This document shows, in pieces, positions 7,511-15,297 of a stretch of DNA of 39,265 nt (position 1 is its first letter; every line of letters starts with the position of its first letter). The DNA is taken from the NCBI GenBank assembly GCA_001822575.1, contig MHRM01000001.1, positions 24,755 through 64,019 of the forward strand, in the 5' to 3' direction. The position numbers and the translations under genes are program-made. The DNA comes from Candidatus Taylorbacteria bacterium RIFCSPHIGHO2_02_FULL_44_12 (GTDB taxonomy: Bacteria > Patescibacteriota > Minisyncoccia > Phycocordibacterales > PALSA-1337). The notes beneath the pieces are model-generated. The model saw only the letters and a program-made list of their open reading frames with translations, was not told where the DNA came from and searched no databases.

Positions 7511-9322
7511 ATGTCTATATTTTCAAAATTATTGGGGAAAAAATCTGAAGCACCAATAGTTTCCGTCTTACCCGAAGAAATATACCAAGCTGGGGTACTG
7601 GAACTCAAGGATGTCATCGCTCCATCTGCTCTCAAGGTTAGCCCCAAGGAGCTCAATCTCGGAGAAAAAATCGCTCGGACCTTATTTGTAATTTCTTATC
7701 CCAGATTTTTGGACGAAAGCTGGTTTGCTCCGATCATAAACCTAGACAAAGTATTCAATATATCCATATTTATTCACCCCGTTGACACCGCCAAGATACT
7801 GCGACATTTCCAGAAAAAAGTAGCCGAGGTTCAGGGACAGATTTCCAGAAGAGAAGACAAAGGCCTGGTGCGCGACCCGGCTCTGGATACAGCATACCAA
7901 GATCTGGAAGCCTTGCGCGATCAGCTGATGCAGGCCCAGGAACATCTCTTTGATGTCGGAGTATATATCACCCTCTTTGCCGAGACAGACAATGAATTAG
8001 ACAAACTAGAATCCGAGGTCAAATCCATTTTGGAATCAAAACTGGTATATGTAAAACCTGCCCTATTCCAGCAGGAACAAGGCTTCAAAAGCGTCATTCC
8101 CATTGCCGATGATCAGTTAGCTGTCCATTCCAAGCTCAATTCATCGCCACTCTCTAGTCTGTTCCCATTTGTTTCTTTTGATCTGACTTCGGACAAGGGC
8201 ATACTCTATGGGATCAATAGACACAATTCTTCATTGGTACTCTTTGACCGTTTCTCCTTGGAAAATTACAATTCCGTGACATTTGCGGTGGCTGGCGCCG
8301 GAAAATCCTACTTTACCAAGCTGGAAATTCTTCGTACCTTGATGTTTGATACAGAAGTGATCGTCATAGATCCTGAACGAGAATACGAATATATGGCCGA
8401 AGCCACGGGTGGAAAATATTTCAATATTTCCCTCAATTCCGAGCACCATATCAATCCCTTTGATCTACCGATACCGCGCGAAGATGAATCCGCTACTGAT
8501 GTTTTGCGCTCAAATATCATCAACTTGGTAGGATTATTCCGAATCATGTTGGGCGGCCTGACCCAGGAAGAAGACGCTATCATTGACCGGGCCATCACCG
8601 AGACATACGCTCTCAAAGACATTACAGCTGAGGCAGACTTCCGCAATGTAGAACCACCGCTTTTGTCAGACTTTGAATTGGTCCTGGCTGGAATGGAAGG
8701 AGCTGATTCTCTGGTCCAACGGATGTCAAAATACACCAAGGGTACATGGGCAGGCTTCATCAACCGCCCCTCAAATGTTGATATCAATAAAAAATTCGTG
8801 GTTTTTTCTCTTAGGGACATGGAAGACGAGCTCAAACCTGTGGCCATGTATATTGTTACTCACTATATCTGGAATGCTATCCGCAAAAACCTCAAGAAAC
8901 GCCTATTGGTCATAGATGAGGCATGGTGGATGATGAAATCCGAAGATACGGCTTCATTTCTATTCAGTTTGGCCAAACGTGGACGCAAATATTATCTGGG
9001 TCTATCCACTATCACTCAAGATGTGGATGACTTCTTGCGCTCGCCATACGGTTTGCCAATCGTTACCAACTCTTCTATTCAGATACTTCTGAAACAGTCA
9101 CCAGCTGTCATGGACAGCGTCCAAAAAACATTCAATCTGACCGATGAAGAGAAATACCTATTACTAGAATCAGATGTGGGAGAGGGGATGTTCTTCGTGG
9201 GCCTCAAGCATGTAGCTATAAAAATAGTGGCTTCCTACACCGAAGACCAAATCATCACCACCAATCCAGCTCAATTAGTCCAAATCCAGCAGGCAAAGAA
9301 AGATCTGGAGCAAGCCAGATAA
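7511..9322 (+). CDS. virB4: VirB4-family T4SS ATPase, C-terminal ATPase part
   Basis: Walker A is AVAGAGKSYFTK and Walker B is KRLLVIDEAWWMM. GRKYYLGLSTITQDVDDF is typical of the VirB4/TraC-type (DUF87 / AAA-like) domain. Confidence 0.85.
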   Translation: MSIFSKLLGKKSEAPIVSVLPEEIYQAGVLELKDVIAPSALKVSPKELNLGEKIARTLFVISYPRFLDESWFAPIINLDKVFNISIFIHPVDTAKILRHFQKKVAEVQGQISRREDKGLVRDPALDTAYQDLEALRDQLMQAQEHLFDVGVYITLFAETDNELDKLESEVKSILESKLVYVKPALFQQEQGFKSVIPIADDQLAVHSKLNSSPLSSLFPFVSFDLTSDKGILYGINRHNSSLVLFDRFSLENYNSVTFAVAGAGKSYFTKLEILRTLMFDTEVIVIDPEREYEYMAEATGGKYFNISLNSEHHINPFDLPIPREDESATDVLRSNIINLVGLFRIMLGGLTQEEDAIIDRAITETYALKDITAEADFRNVEPPLLSDFELVLAGMEGADSLVQRMSKYTKGTWAGFINRPSNVDINKKFVVFSLRDMEDELKPVAMYIVTHYIWNAIRKNLKKRLLVIDEAWWMMKSEDTASFLFSLAKRGRKYYLGLSTITQDVDDFLRSPYGLPIVTNSSIQILLKQSPAVMDSVQKTFNLTDEEKYLLLESDVGEGMFFVGLKHVAIKIVASYTEDQIITTNPAQLVQIQQAKKDLEQAR

Positions 9323-9333
9323 TTTTTTGCACA

Positions 9334-9445
9334 ATTGCGCCCTCTCGAGGACAACAGCTCTCCCTTCGTTTCGCTTCGCGAAAGTCGAGAGACTGTTCTC
9401 CCCTGCTTGTCCGCCGTAGCCTTGGCGAAGGTGGGCGGGCGCAAT
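9334..9445. other. GC-rich structured intergenic element (candidate ncRNA or regulatory structure)
   Basis: Outer 9-bp stem attgcgccc (9334-9342) pairs with gggcgcaat (9437-9445). Internal complement ctctcga (9342-9348) pairs with tcgagag (9385-9391). Palindrome ttcgcgaa at 9375-9382. Clearly GC-richer than the flanks. Confidence 0.4.
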
Positions 9446-9450
9446 GACAG

Positions 9451-9459
9451 TGTTATAAT
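9451..9459 (+). promoter_or_regulatory. extended -10 (TGTTATAAT) ending 6 nt upstream of ATG 9466 (leaderless-type arrangement)
   Basis: tgttataat followed by cgatgt then ATG. Confidence 0.45.
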
Positions 9460-9465
9460 CGATGT

Positions 9466-9978
9466 ATGCCACCACAAAAAAAGAAAATCGGAAAGATCAA
9501 ATGGTTACTGCTCTATTCTTTTACCGGCGTCGTGGATGTATTGCAATTTCTAGCGGATCTAACGGGGATCGGAATACTAGCCAGCGAGGCCGCCGAGCCA
9601 TTCATAGGAGGGATACTGATAGTCATGTTTGAATTGTTCGGAATATCTGTCATCACCAAACCCAAGAGATTGGTCTCTCTATTGTGTTTGGCAGGCGCCG
9701 ATGCCTTGACCGGTGGAATAGCGCCTTTCTGGATCGTTGATGTCTGGTATGTCCAAAGCGATGTCAAAAAAGAGGAGACGGAATACGAACAACAGACTCA
9801 ACAGGAAATGTTTATTCAATCGAGCATAGGAACGCCTGCGAATATAGACGGACAGCGCATTCCTCCAATAATCAACTCCACCAACAATCAACCCCTCAAT
9901 CAAAATGGTATCAGAATGCCTCGCAGAAACATCGCCCCATTACAATCTGCCATTCAAAAAACTGGAAATGCTCAGTAA
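9466..9978 (+). CDS. hypothetical multi-pass membrane protein (T4SS-like locus)
   Basis: Three predicted hydrophobic segments, then a Q/N/P-rich tail. No family recognised. Confidence 0.55.
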   Translation: MPPQKKKIGKIKWLLLYSFTGVVDVLQFLADLTGIGILASEAAEPFIGGILIVMFELFGISVITKPKRLVSLLCLAGADALTGGIAPFWIVDVWYVQSDVKKEETEYEQQTQQEMFIQSSIGTPANIDGQRIPPIINSTNNQPLNQNGIRMPRRNIAPLQSAIQKTGNAQ

Positions 9979-10010
9979 TAATATAGAGCCCAGCGAACAT
10001 TCTTTCATCT

Positions 10011-10119
10011 CTCCGCAATGTAGTTTGAGCCCCCGAGAATGGAAAACCCTCTAAAGCTTAATGAATATTGCTCGCACCGCTCCGCAAGGTCGCCCCGTCG
10101 AATGGAAAACCCTATAGAT
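10011..10119 (+). repeat. two imperfect direct repeat units upstream of gene 10160-11191
   Basis: Unit 1 is 10011-10056 and unit 2 is 10080-10119. Both start with ctccgcaa and contain the exact 14-mer gaatggaaaaccct (10037-10050 and 10100-10113, 63 nt apart). Confidence 0.6.
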
Positions 10120-10159
10120 AAGTGTGAACAAGTTCTTACTTCATGGTAAAATAAATTCA

Positions 10160-11191
10160 ATGAGATCGGCAATCAAACTCCTCTTTTTTGGCTTTATCGT
10201 ATTGTTTGCTGGCAATCTTTCTGTTCAGGCACAAATTCCTATTTCTGTCGGCGGCATAGAATTAACCGCTTCCGTTGATAATCCAATTCCAGAACAAATA
10301 GTTACCATTACTGCCAGAAGTTACAGCGTGGATATCAATACCGCCACTATCAGCTGGAGCGTGGGAGGGAAAGTCATATCCCAAGGCATAGGAGAAACCG
10401 TCGCAAAGGTAAAAGCCCCCGCACTGGGAACCGTTTTGAACGTAACCGTTTCCGCGGTATTGCCGGATGGCAATCGCCTGACCAAATCCATCTCCATAGG
10501 ATCTGGATCGGTAGATATGATCGTGGAAACAGATGGCCATGTCCCGGCATTTTTCCATGGCAAGGCCCCTGAAGGATATCAAAACAACATAAAGATAATA
10601 GCCATAGGACACATCGCGGATTCCCGTGGCGTCCAATACGATCCACAGACTCTGATATACCGCTGGAAAAAGAATAATCAGGCCATAGAGGATCAAAGCG
10701 GATATGGCAAACAATCCGTGGTGGTCGCCGGAGATATCGTTCCCAGAGCCTATGTCATATCGGTTACGGCAGAGACTCGCGACGGCAAAGCTCGAGCCGA
10801 AAGCAGTGTCTCTATATCTCCACAAGCCCCAGAAATAGTCTTTTACATTGACGATCCTCTCTACGGCCCAATGTTCAATGCGGCTGTGAATGAATCTATT
10901 CGAATCGGATCGGAAAGAGAAGTGAGCGTGCTGGCTTTGCCCTTCGGATTTAACAAACCAAAAGATTCTTCTGGTAATCTATCTTTTTCCTGGATGATCA
11001 ATAATGCCAGTCACCCAGAATTGGATTCCAGCCAGTCCATAGTCTTGCGCGCGCCGGATACTGGAGCTGGTTCTTCCGAGGTCCTGGTCAGCGTCCGCAA
11101 TATCCGCAATATCCTCCAGAGCGCCCAGTCTGGATTTGCTATTGTCTTTGGTCCTTCTGCCACCCAAAGCACTTCCGATCTAAATTTCTAA
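10160..11191 (+). CDS. secreted hypothetical protein
   Basis: Signal peptide MRSAIKLLFFGFIVLFAGNLSVQA starting at ATG 10160 (ORF track starts at GTG 10124). Beta-rich, Ig-like sequence style. No family recognised. Confidence 0.55.
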   Translation: MRSAIKLLFFGFIVLFAGNLSVQAQIPISVGGIELTASVDNPIPEQIVTITARSYSVDINTATISWSVGGKVISQGIGETVAKVKAPALGTVLNVTVSAVLPDGNRLTKSISIGSGSVDMIVETDGHVPAFFHGKAPEGYQNNIKIIAIGHIADSRGVQYDPQTLIYRWKKNNQAIEDQSGYGKQSVVVAGDIVPRAYVISVTAETRDGKARAESSVSISPQAPEIVFYIDDPLYGPMFNAAVNESIRIGSEREVSVLALPFGFNKPKDSSGNLSFSWMINNASHPELDSSQSIVLRAPDTGAGSSEVLVSVRNIRNILQSAQSGFAIVFGPSATQSTSDLNF

Positions 11192-11192
11192 T

Positions 11193-12383
11193 ATGAAATC
11201 ACTCATTTTATTGAGAGGAAACAAAAAAATCTTTATGGCTATGATTTTTTGCTTCATAGTGTTCTTGAATACCTTGAATGTTTCTAATCAACATTTCGTA
11301 TTCGCCCAGAACGCGAACAATACAACATACACTCTTTTGGAACCTCTTCCTTGTATACCGACAGAGACTAGCCCTTGCCCAGAGGGCCCGGGAGAATTAA
11401 AAACCGAAGTAAATCTCAATGAATATCTCATATATGCCATCAATTTGCTGATAGCCCTTTCGGCCGTGGCGGCAGTCTTCATGATCACTTGGGGGGGGTT
11501 CCAATACATGACAACGGATTCCTGGCAGAACAAAAAAGAAGGTTTGACCAAATTCAAAAACGCCATCTTCGGCCTTCTTCTAGTCCTTTGTTCATACATC
11601 ATACTGCGCACCGTCAATCCGAGGCTTGTAGAGATCCCAGCCACACTTGTGCCACCTCTAACGAATGTCAATCTCAAAGATTCAATAAGCCCTGATGATT
11701 TCTTTGATCAGATATCAGCAGAGGTACAAAGATTGAGTAACAATTTGGATGTTTCTATCATGGAAGAAAAGTTGAGACAAGCAAAAGGGGATGTAAAGTT
11801 AGAAAAACAAAATATTGATGATTTAAAAAAACAGTTGGATATATTATCAAAAGAGGGAATAAATGAAACTGATCCACGGGTACAAATAATAAAAACTTCT
11901 ATTGAAGTTGCAAATAATAATATAAAAGAAAAAGAGGCTAATGTTTTGGTAGAAGGGATTAAATTTACTAACAATGCCTCTATTGAGTTAGCCGCTCAAG
12001 GACTTGTTGGTAAAAAGGATTTTGAGGGGATCAACACTACTATAAATTACTACAAAAAAAGAATAGAGAATTCCGAAAATATAAAGATCTTCGAACTGGA
12101 AAAGCTCGGTAAGTACGAAAAATATTCCGTAGTAAATGATCAAGCTATTTATTCACAAACCATACTAGATTTGATGAGGAGCGATGCTATGGTCCAAAAC
12201 GCAGATTTTGGTTTCTTTTTCCCAAGCGGGACATATACATATAGAAGCCAGAAACCTCAAGCTTTGGCAGAGCTCAATACTGTGCCGAAACAAATAGAGT
12301 CCATAAAAGACCCGATATTGAAGCAAGAACTTCAGGATAGATTGAAAAACAGCATTGCATTGATTGAAGAAAAATTCAAATAG
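11193..12383 (+). CDS. T4SS-pilin-like (TrbC/VirB2-like) domain protein with long coiled-coil C-terminal extension
   Basis: Signal/TM segment, then two helices LLIALSAVAAVFMITWGGFQYMTT ... AIFGLLLVLCSYIILRTVNP typical of T4SS pilin domains. The C-terminal 230 aa are K/E-rich coiled coil. Confidence 0.5.
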   Translation: MKSLILLRGNKKIFMAMIFCFIVFLNTLNVSNQHFVFAQNANNTTYTLLEPLPCIPTETSPCPEGPGELKTEVNLNEYLIYAINLLIALSAVAAVFMITWGGFQYMTTDSWQNKKEGLTKFKNAIFGLLLVLCSYIILRTVNPRLVEIPATLVPPLTNVNLKDSISPDDFFDQISAEVQRLSNNLDVSIMEEKLRQAKGDVKLEKQNIDDLKKQLDILSKEGINETDPRVQIIKTSIEVANNNIKEKEANVLVEGIKFTNNASIELAAQGLVGKKDFEGINTTINYYKKRIENSENIKIFELEKLGKYEKYSVVNDQAIYSQTILDLMRSDAMVQNADFGFFFPSGTYTYRSQKPQALAELNTVPKQIESIKDPILKQELQDRLKNSIALIEEKFK

Positions 12384-12404
12384 ATAAAATATCCTCCAAT
12401 AATC

Positions 12405-13721
12405 ATGACCATTAAAGGAAAAACTATAATAATACTAATCGTGATTTTGCTCGGAAGCGCAATCTCTTATTGGTATTTTTTGTTGCGTTATTCTATGAAT
12501 ACAATCCCTATAAATACAGACACAGAAGAAACTGGGGGCTTCGCTCCTTTTGGCAGGACATCATCTGGTGGTAGACAAGGAACAAGTGGCGGAGAGAATG
12601 CCACAACAACAAATTATTCTGGCCAGAATGAACAGGTTAGACTGCCTGTTCTGCGGCTCTTGAGCGACACCCCCATCGGGGGGTATGGCGCTAGTACCAC
12701 GGCCAGCACCACGGTCATTCGCTGGATTGATCGCGGCAGAGGCAATACTTATGAAGCTCGTCAGGACTCCCTCAATATCAGAACATTATCAAACACCATA
12801 TTGCCAAGAGTCTATCAATCTTCCTGGAATAAAAATCTGACTGCCTTCATTGGGACGATTTTCCCGGACAATTCTGGAGATCCAAGTGTGGTTTACGCGG
12901 AACTTCAAGCCCACCCAATACCCAAACAACAGGCCACAACTACAGCCACTTCAACTCCGACTGCCCCAGCCAACAATTCCCTGGCCCCATTTGATCTCAA
13001 AGGCAAAAATCTTCCAGAAAAAACAATTGCTTATGCTGTTTCGCCAAAAAAAGATCGCCTATTCGTCTTTGTAGACGAGAACGGATCCGGAACAGGTTAT
13101 ATTTCAAACTTTAACGGCAGTTCCTTGAAAAAAATATTTTCTTCGCCATTGACCCAAGTCAATGTTGATTGGCCAGAAGAAAACACCATTGCCATCACCA
13201 CCAAAGGATCGTCCAATCAAAATGGATTTTTGTACTTCGTCAATCCTAATACTGGCATAATAAAAAAAATCCTTGGTCCCATCCGTGGATTGAGCACACG
13301 AGTCAGTCACGACGCTCGCTATGTTCTATATTCCACGGCTCTGATCTCCAAAAACAGCATCCGGGCTTTCATATACTCAATAACTTCCGCCAGCGAAACA
13401 GACGCTCTGATCCAAACATTGGCAGATAAATGCGCTTGGGGGCATTTCTATGCTTATACCGTCTATTGCGCGGCGCCATCATCTTTGATTCAAGCAGAAT
13501 ACCCTGATGACTGGTATAAGGGGACTGTTTCCTTCACAGACAAAATCTGGGCAGTAGATGCCAGAACTGGTGAAGTTAGTTTGGTTTCAGCTTTGGTTGA
13601 TCAGGCCGATCGCTTGATAGATGTTTTCAACATGGAAATCAGTGATAAAGACGAATATTTGCTCTTTATGAATAAAAAAGACCTATCATTCTGGTCACTG
13701 GATTTGGTGTCTAGTAAGTGA
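12405..13721 (+). CDS. membrane-anchored hypothetical protein, possibly beta-propeller-like
   Basis: N-terminal TM IIILIVILLGSAISYWYFLL, then a Gly/Thr-rich linker and a beta-rich body. No motif recognised. Confidence 0.55.
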   Translation: MTIKGKTIIILIVILLGSAISYWYFLLRYSMNTIPINTDTEETGGFAPFGRTSSGGRQGTSGGENATTTNYSGQNEQVRLPVLRLLSDTPIGGYGASTTASTTVIRWIDRGRGNTYEARQDSLNIRTLSNTILPRVYQSSWNKNLTAFIGTIFPDNSGDPSVVYAELQAHPIPKQQATTTATSTPTAPANNSLAPFDLKGKNLPEKTIAYAVSPKKDRLFVFVDENGSGTGYISNFNGSSLKKIFSSPLTQVNVDWPEENTIAITTKGSSNQNGFLYFVNPNTGIIKKILGPIRGLSTRVSHDARYVLYSTALISKNSIRAFIYSITSASETDALIQTLADKCAWGHFYAYTVYCAAPSSLIQAEYPDDWYKGTVSFTDKIWAVDARTGEVSLVSALVDQADRLIDVFNMEISDKDEYLLFMNKKDLSFWSLDLVSSK

Positions 13722-13723
13722 AC

Positions 13724-13753
13724 TGGCAGGATACTATTTCCTGAATCCTGCCA
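13724..13753. terminator. hairpin between convergent genes
   Basis: tggcaggat (13724-13732) pairs with atcctgcca (13745-13753) around a 12-nt loop. It sits between stop 13721 (plus) and stop 13756 (minus). Confidence 0.45.
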
Positions 13754-13755
13754 AT

Positions 13756-14517
13756 TTATGACACGATCCTAACTTTACGCGAATATCTGTACATGATGAA
13801 CAATTCCTGAACCAAGGTGAACAGGGTGCTGACTGTCCAGTAGATAGCGATTATAGCGGCTGCGGCAGGGAATTGGGAAGGAATGATCCAATAAGTTGAA
13901 ACAAAAGCCAAGATCGGCAATAAGAACTTCATTTGTTTGTTCATGGAACCAGCCAACTGCGAAGAAAAATCGACATTGGTTGGCGTGGTTTTGGATTGGC
14001 GAGTCTGGGCTCGGACAGCCGGGGAAAAATAAAGCTGAAAAAATTGGGCTCCGGCAGTGATGAATGACAAAATCAAACTTTTCTGGGTTAAATCAATCAA
14101 TCCTAGAAAATGTGTTTTGATAACCGGCACGGAAATGAAATTGTAGAGAAATTCGGGGTGAATATCTGGAATGATCTTGTAAAAAACCGAGATCAAAGCA
14201 AGCAATATCGGAAGTTGGATCAGTAACAGCAAAATTCCGGAAAAAGGACGAATGCCTTTAGACTTGTACAATTCCATGATCTTCATGGCCTGTACTTGGC
14301 GATCATTGGCGTATTTAGCTTTTAGTTGAGCCATTTCCGGCTCAACTTCCTTCATTCGCGCCTGGGTCAATATAGAAGTCCTAGATAGAGGGAACAATAT
14401 CAATTTGACTATGACCGTGAAGATAATAACTGCCATCCCCAGATCTATCCACGGCAAAACATCTATAATACCCACCAAGCCATTGTAGAGAGGCCGAAAT
14501 ATCAGTGTTTGGTACAT
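13756..14517 (-). CDS. yidC: YidC/Oxa1-family membrane protein insertase
   Basis: VIIFTVIVKLILFPLS ... MAQLKAKYANDRQVQAMKIMELYKSKGIRPFSGILLLLIQLPILLAL, and it lies downstream of rnpA. Confidence 0.9.
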   Translation of the reverse strand: MYQTLIFRPLYNGLVGIIDVLPWIDLGMAVIIFTVIVKLILFPLSRTSILTQARMKEVEPEMAQLKAKYANDRQVQAMKIMELYKSKGIRPFSGILLLLIQLPILLALISVFYKIIPDIHPEFLYNFISVPVIKTHFLGLIDLTQKSLILSFITAGAQFFQLYFSPAVRAQTRQSKTTPTNVDFSSQLAGSMNKQMKFLLPILAFVSTYWIIPSQFPAAAAIIAIYWTVSTLFTLVQELFIMYRYSRKVRIVS

Positions 14518-14521
14518 CCGT

Positions 14522-14863
14522 TCAAGTATACTTTAATATTCCTGTCTTCACAAAGAGACCATGGAGATCATCCGTCAGGGCTGGAATCAGCTCTTTTAAT
14601 CCTGACAATTTTCCAAAAACAACAACATTCATTCCTTGGAGGATTCGTGGATACAAAGGCCTCACTGCCTCATATATTCGCCTGCGCATCTTATTTCTAC
14701 TCACGGCTGTCTTAAATATTTTCTTGCTAGCCACGGCGGCTATCCTAGTATCGGAACAACTGCTGACAAATCTGACAGTAAAAAAAGTTGAATGAGCCAC
14801 TCTTCCTTTGCTCATTACAAACTCAAATTGAAAAGTATTCAGTCTTTGCGAGCGTGGGAGCAT
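14522..14863 (-). CDS. rnpA: ribonuclease P protein component
   Basis: 113 aa and basic, with KKIFKTAVSRNKMRRRIYEAVR. Classical rpmH-rnpA-yidC order. Confidence 0.85.
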   Translation of the reverse strand: MLPRSQRLNTFQFEFVMSKGRVAHSTFFTVRFVSSCSDTRIAAVASKKIFKTAVSRNKMRRRIYEAVRPLYPRILQGMNVVVFGKLSGLKELIPALTDDLHGLFVKTGILKYT

Positions 14864-14875
14864 TTTGGCTTTGAT

Positions 14876-14998
14876 GGACCAAACACCACTACATCACATA
14901 ACAAACTCATCTTAAGCCCAGTCGCTTGGCTGAAGAACTACATTTTGTGGTAGAGGCCGCTGGCAATGTTTGTTATGTGATGTAGTGGTGTTTGGTCC
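14876..14998 (-). repeat. long-hairpin element A: 31-bp perfect inverted repeat with 61-nt loop
   Basis: Left arm 14876-14906 (ggaccaaacaccactacatcacataacaaac) is the exact reverse complement of right arm 14968-14998. Read on the minus strand, the loop starts with attgccagcggcctc, which is shared with element B. Confidence 0.85.
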
Positions 14999-15007
14999 TT
15001 AAAAACA

Positions 15008-15142
15008 TCAAACAGCAATACGACGACGGCCTTTGGCGCGACGACGAGTCAAGCCTTTTCTTCCAGAGGCTGTTTTCATTCGGGCACGAAAGCCGTGGGT
15101 CCGAGCTCTCTTGCGTCTTTTGGGTTGGTAAGTTATGGACAT
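15008..15142 (-). CDS. rpmH: 50S ribosomal protein L34 (below the ORF-track size cutoff)
   Basis: My reverse-strand translation: [44 protein letters not shown], 44 aa plus stop. Confidence 0.9.
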   Translation of the reverse strand: MSITYQPKRRKRARTHGFRARMKTASGRKGLTRRRAKGRRRIAV

Positions 15143-15297
15143 GGTTTTACTATACAGGATATGGAACACAAATCAATATCAATGAGCTCGATTTTGGCAT
15201 ATCCACATCTTATCAACATATTTAAGCTTTTGGCACAAGTATGTACAATCAAAAACAAGTATATACTTAGAAAATAAATCCGAGGAATAGAAATTCA

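Noticed and set aside
8308-8847. Long antisense ORFs inside well-supported genes (8308-8847, 10262-10825, 11288-11677, 25620-26141, 36218-36919 and similar).
   Set aside because: They lie entirely within genes that have clear motifs or signal peptides on the other strand. Their products are low-complexity or Arg/Ser-rich with no recognisable features.
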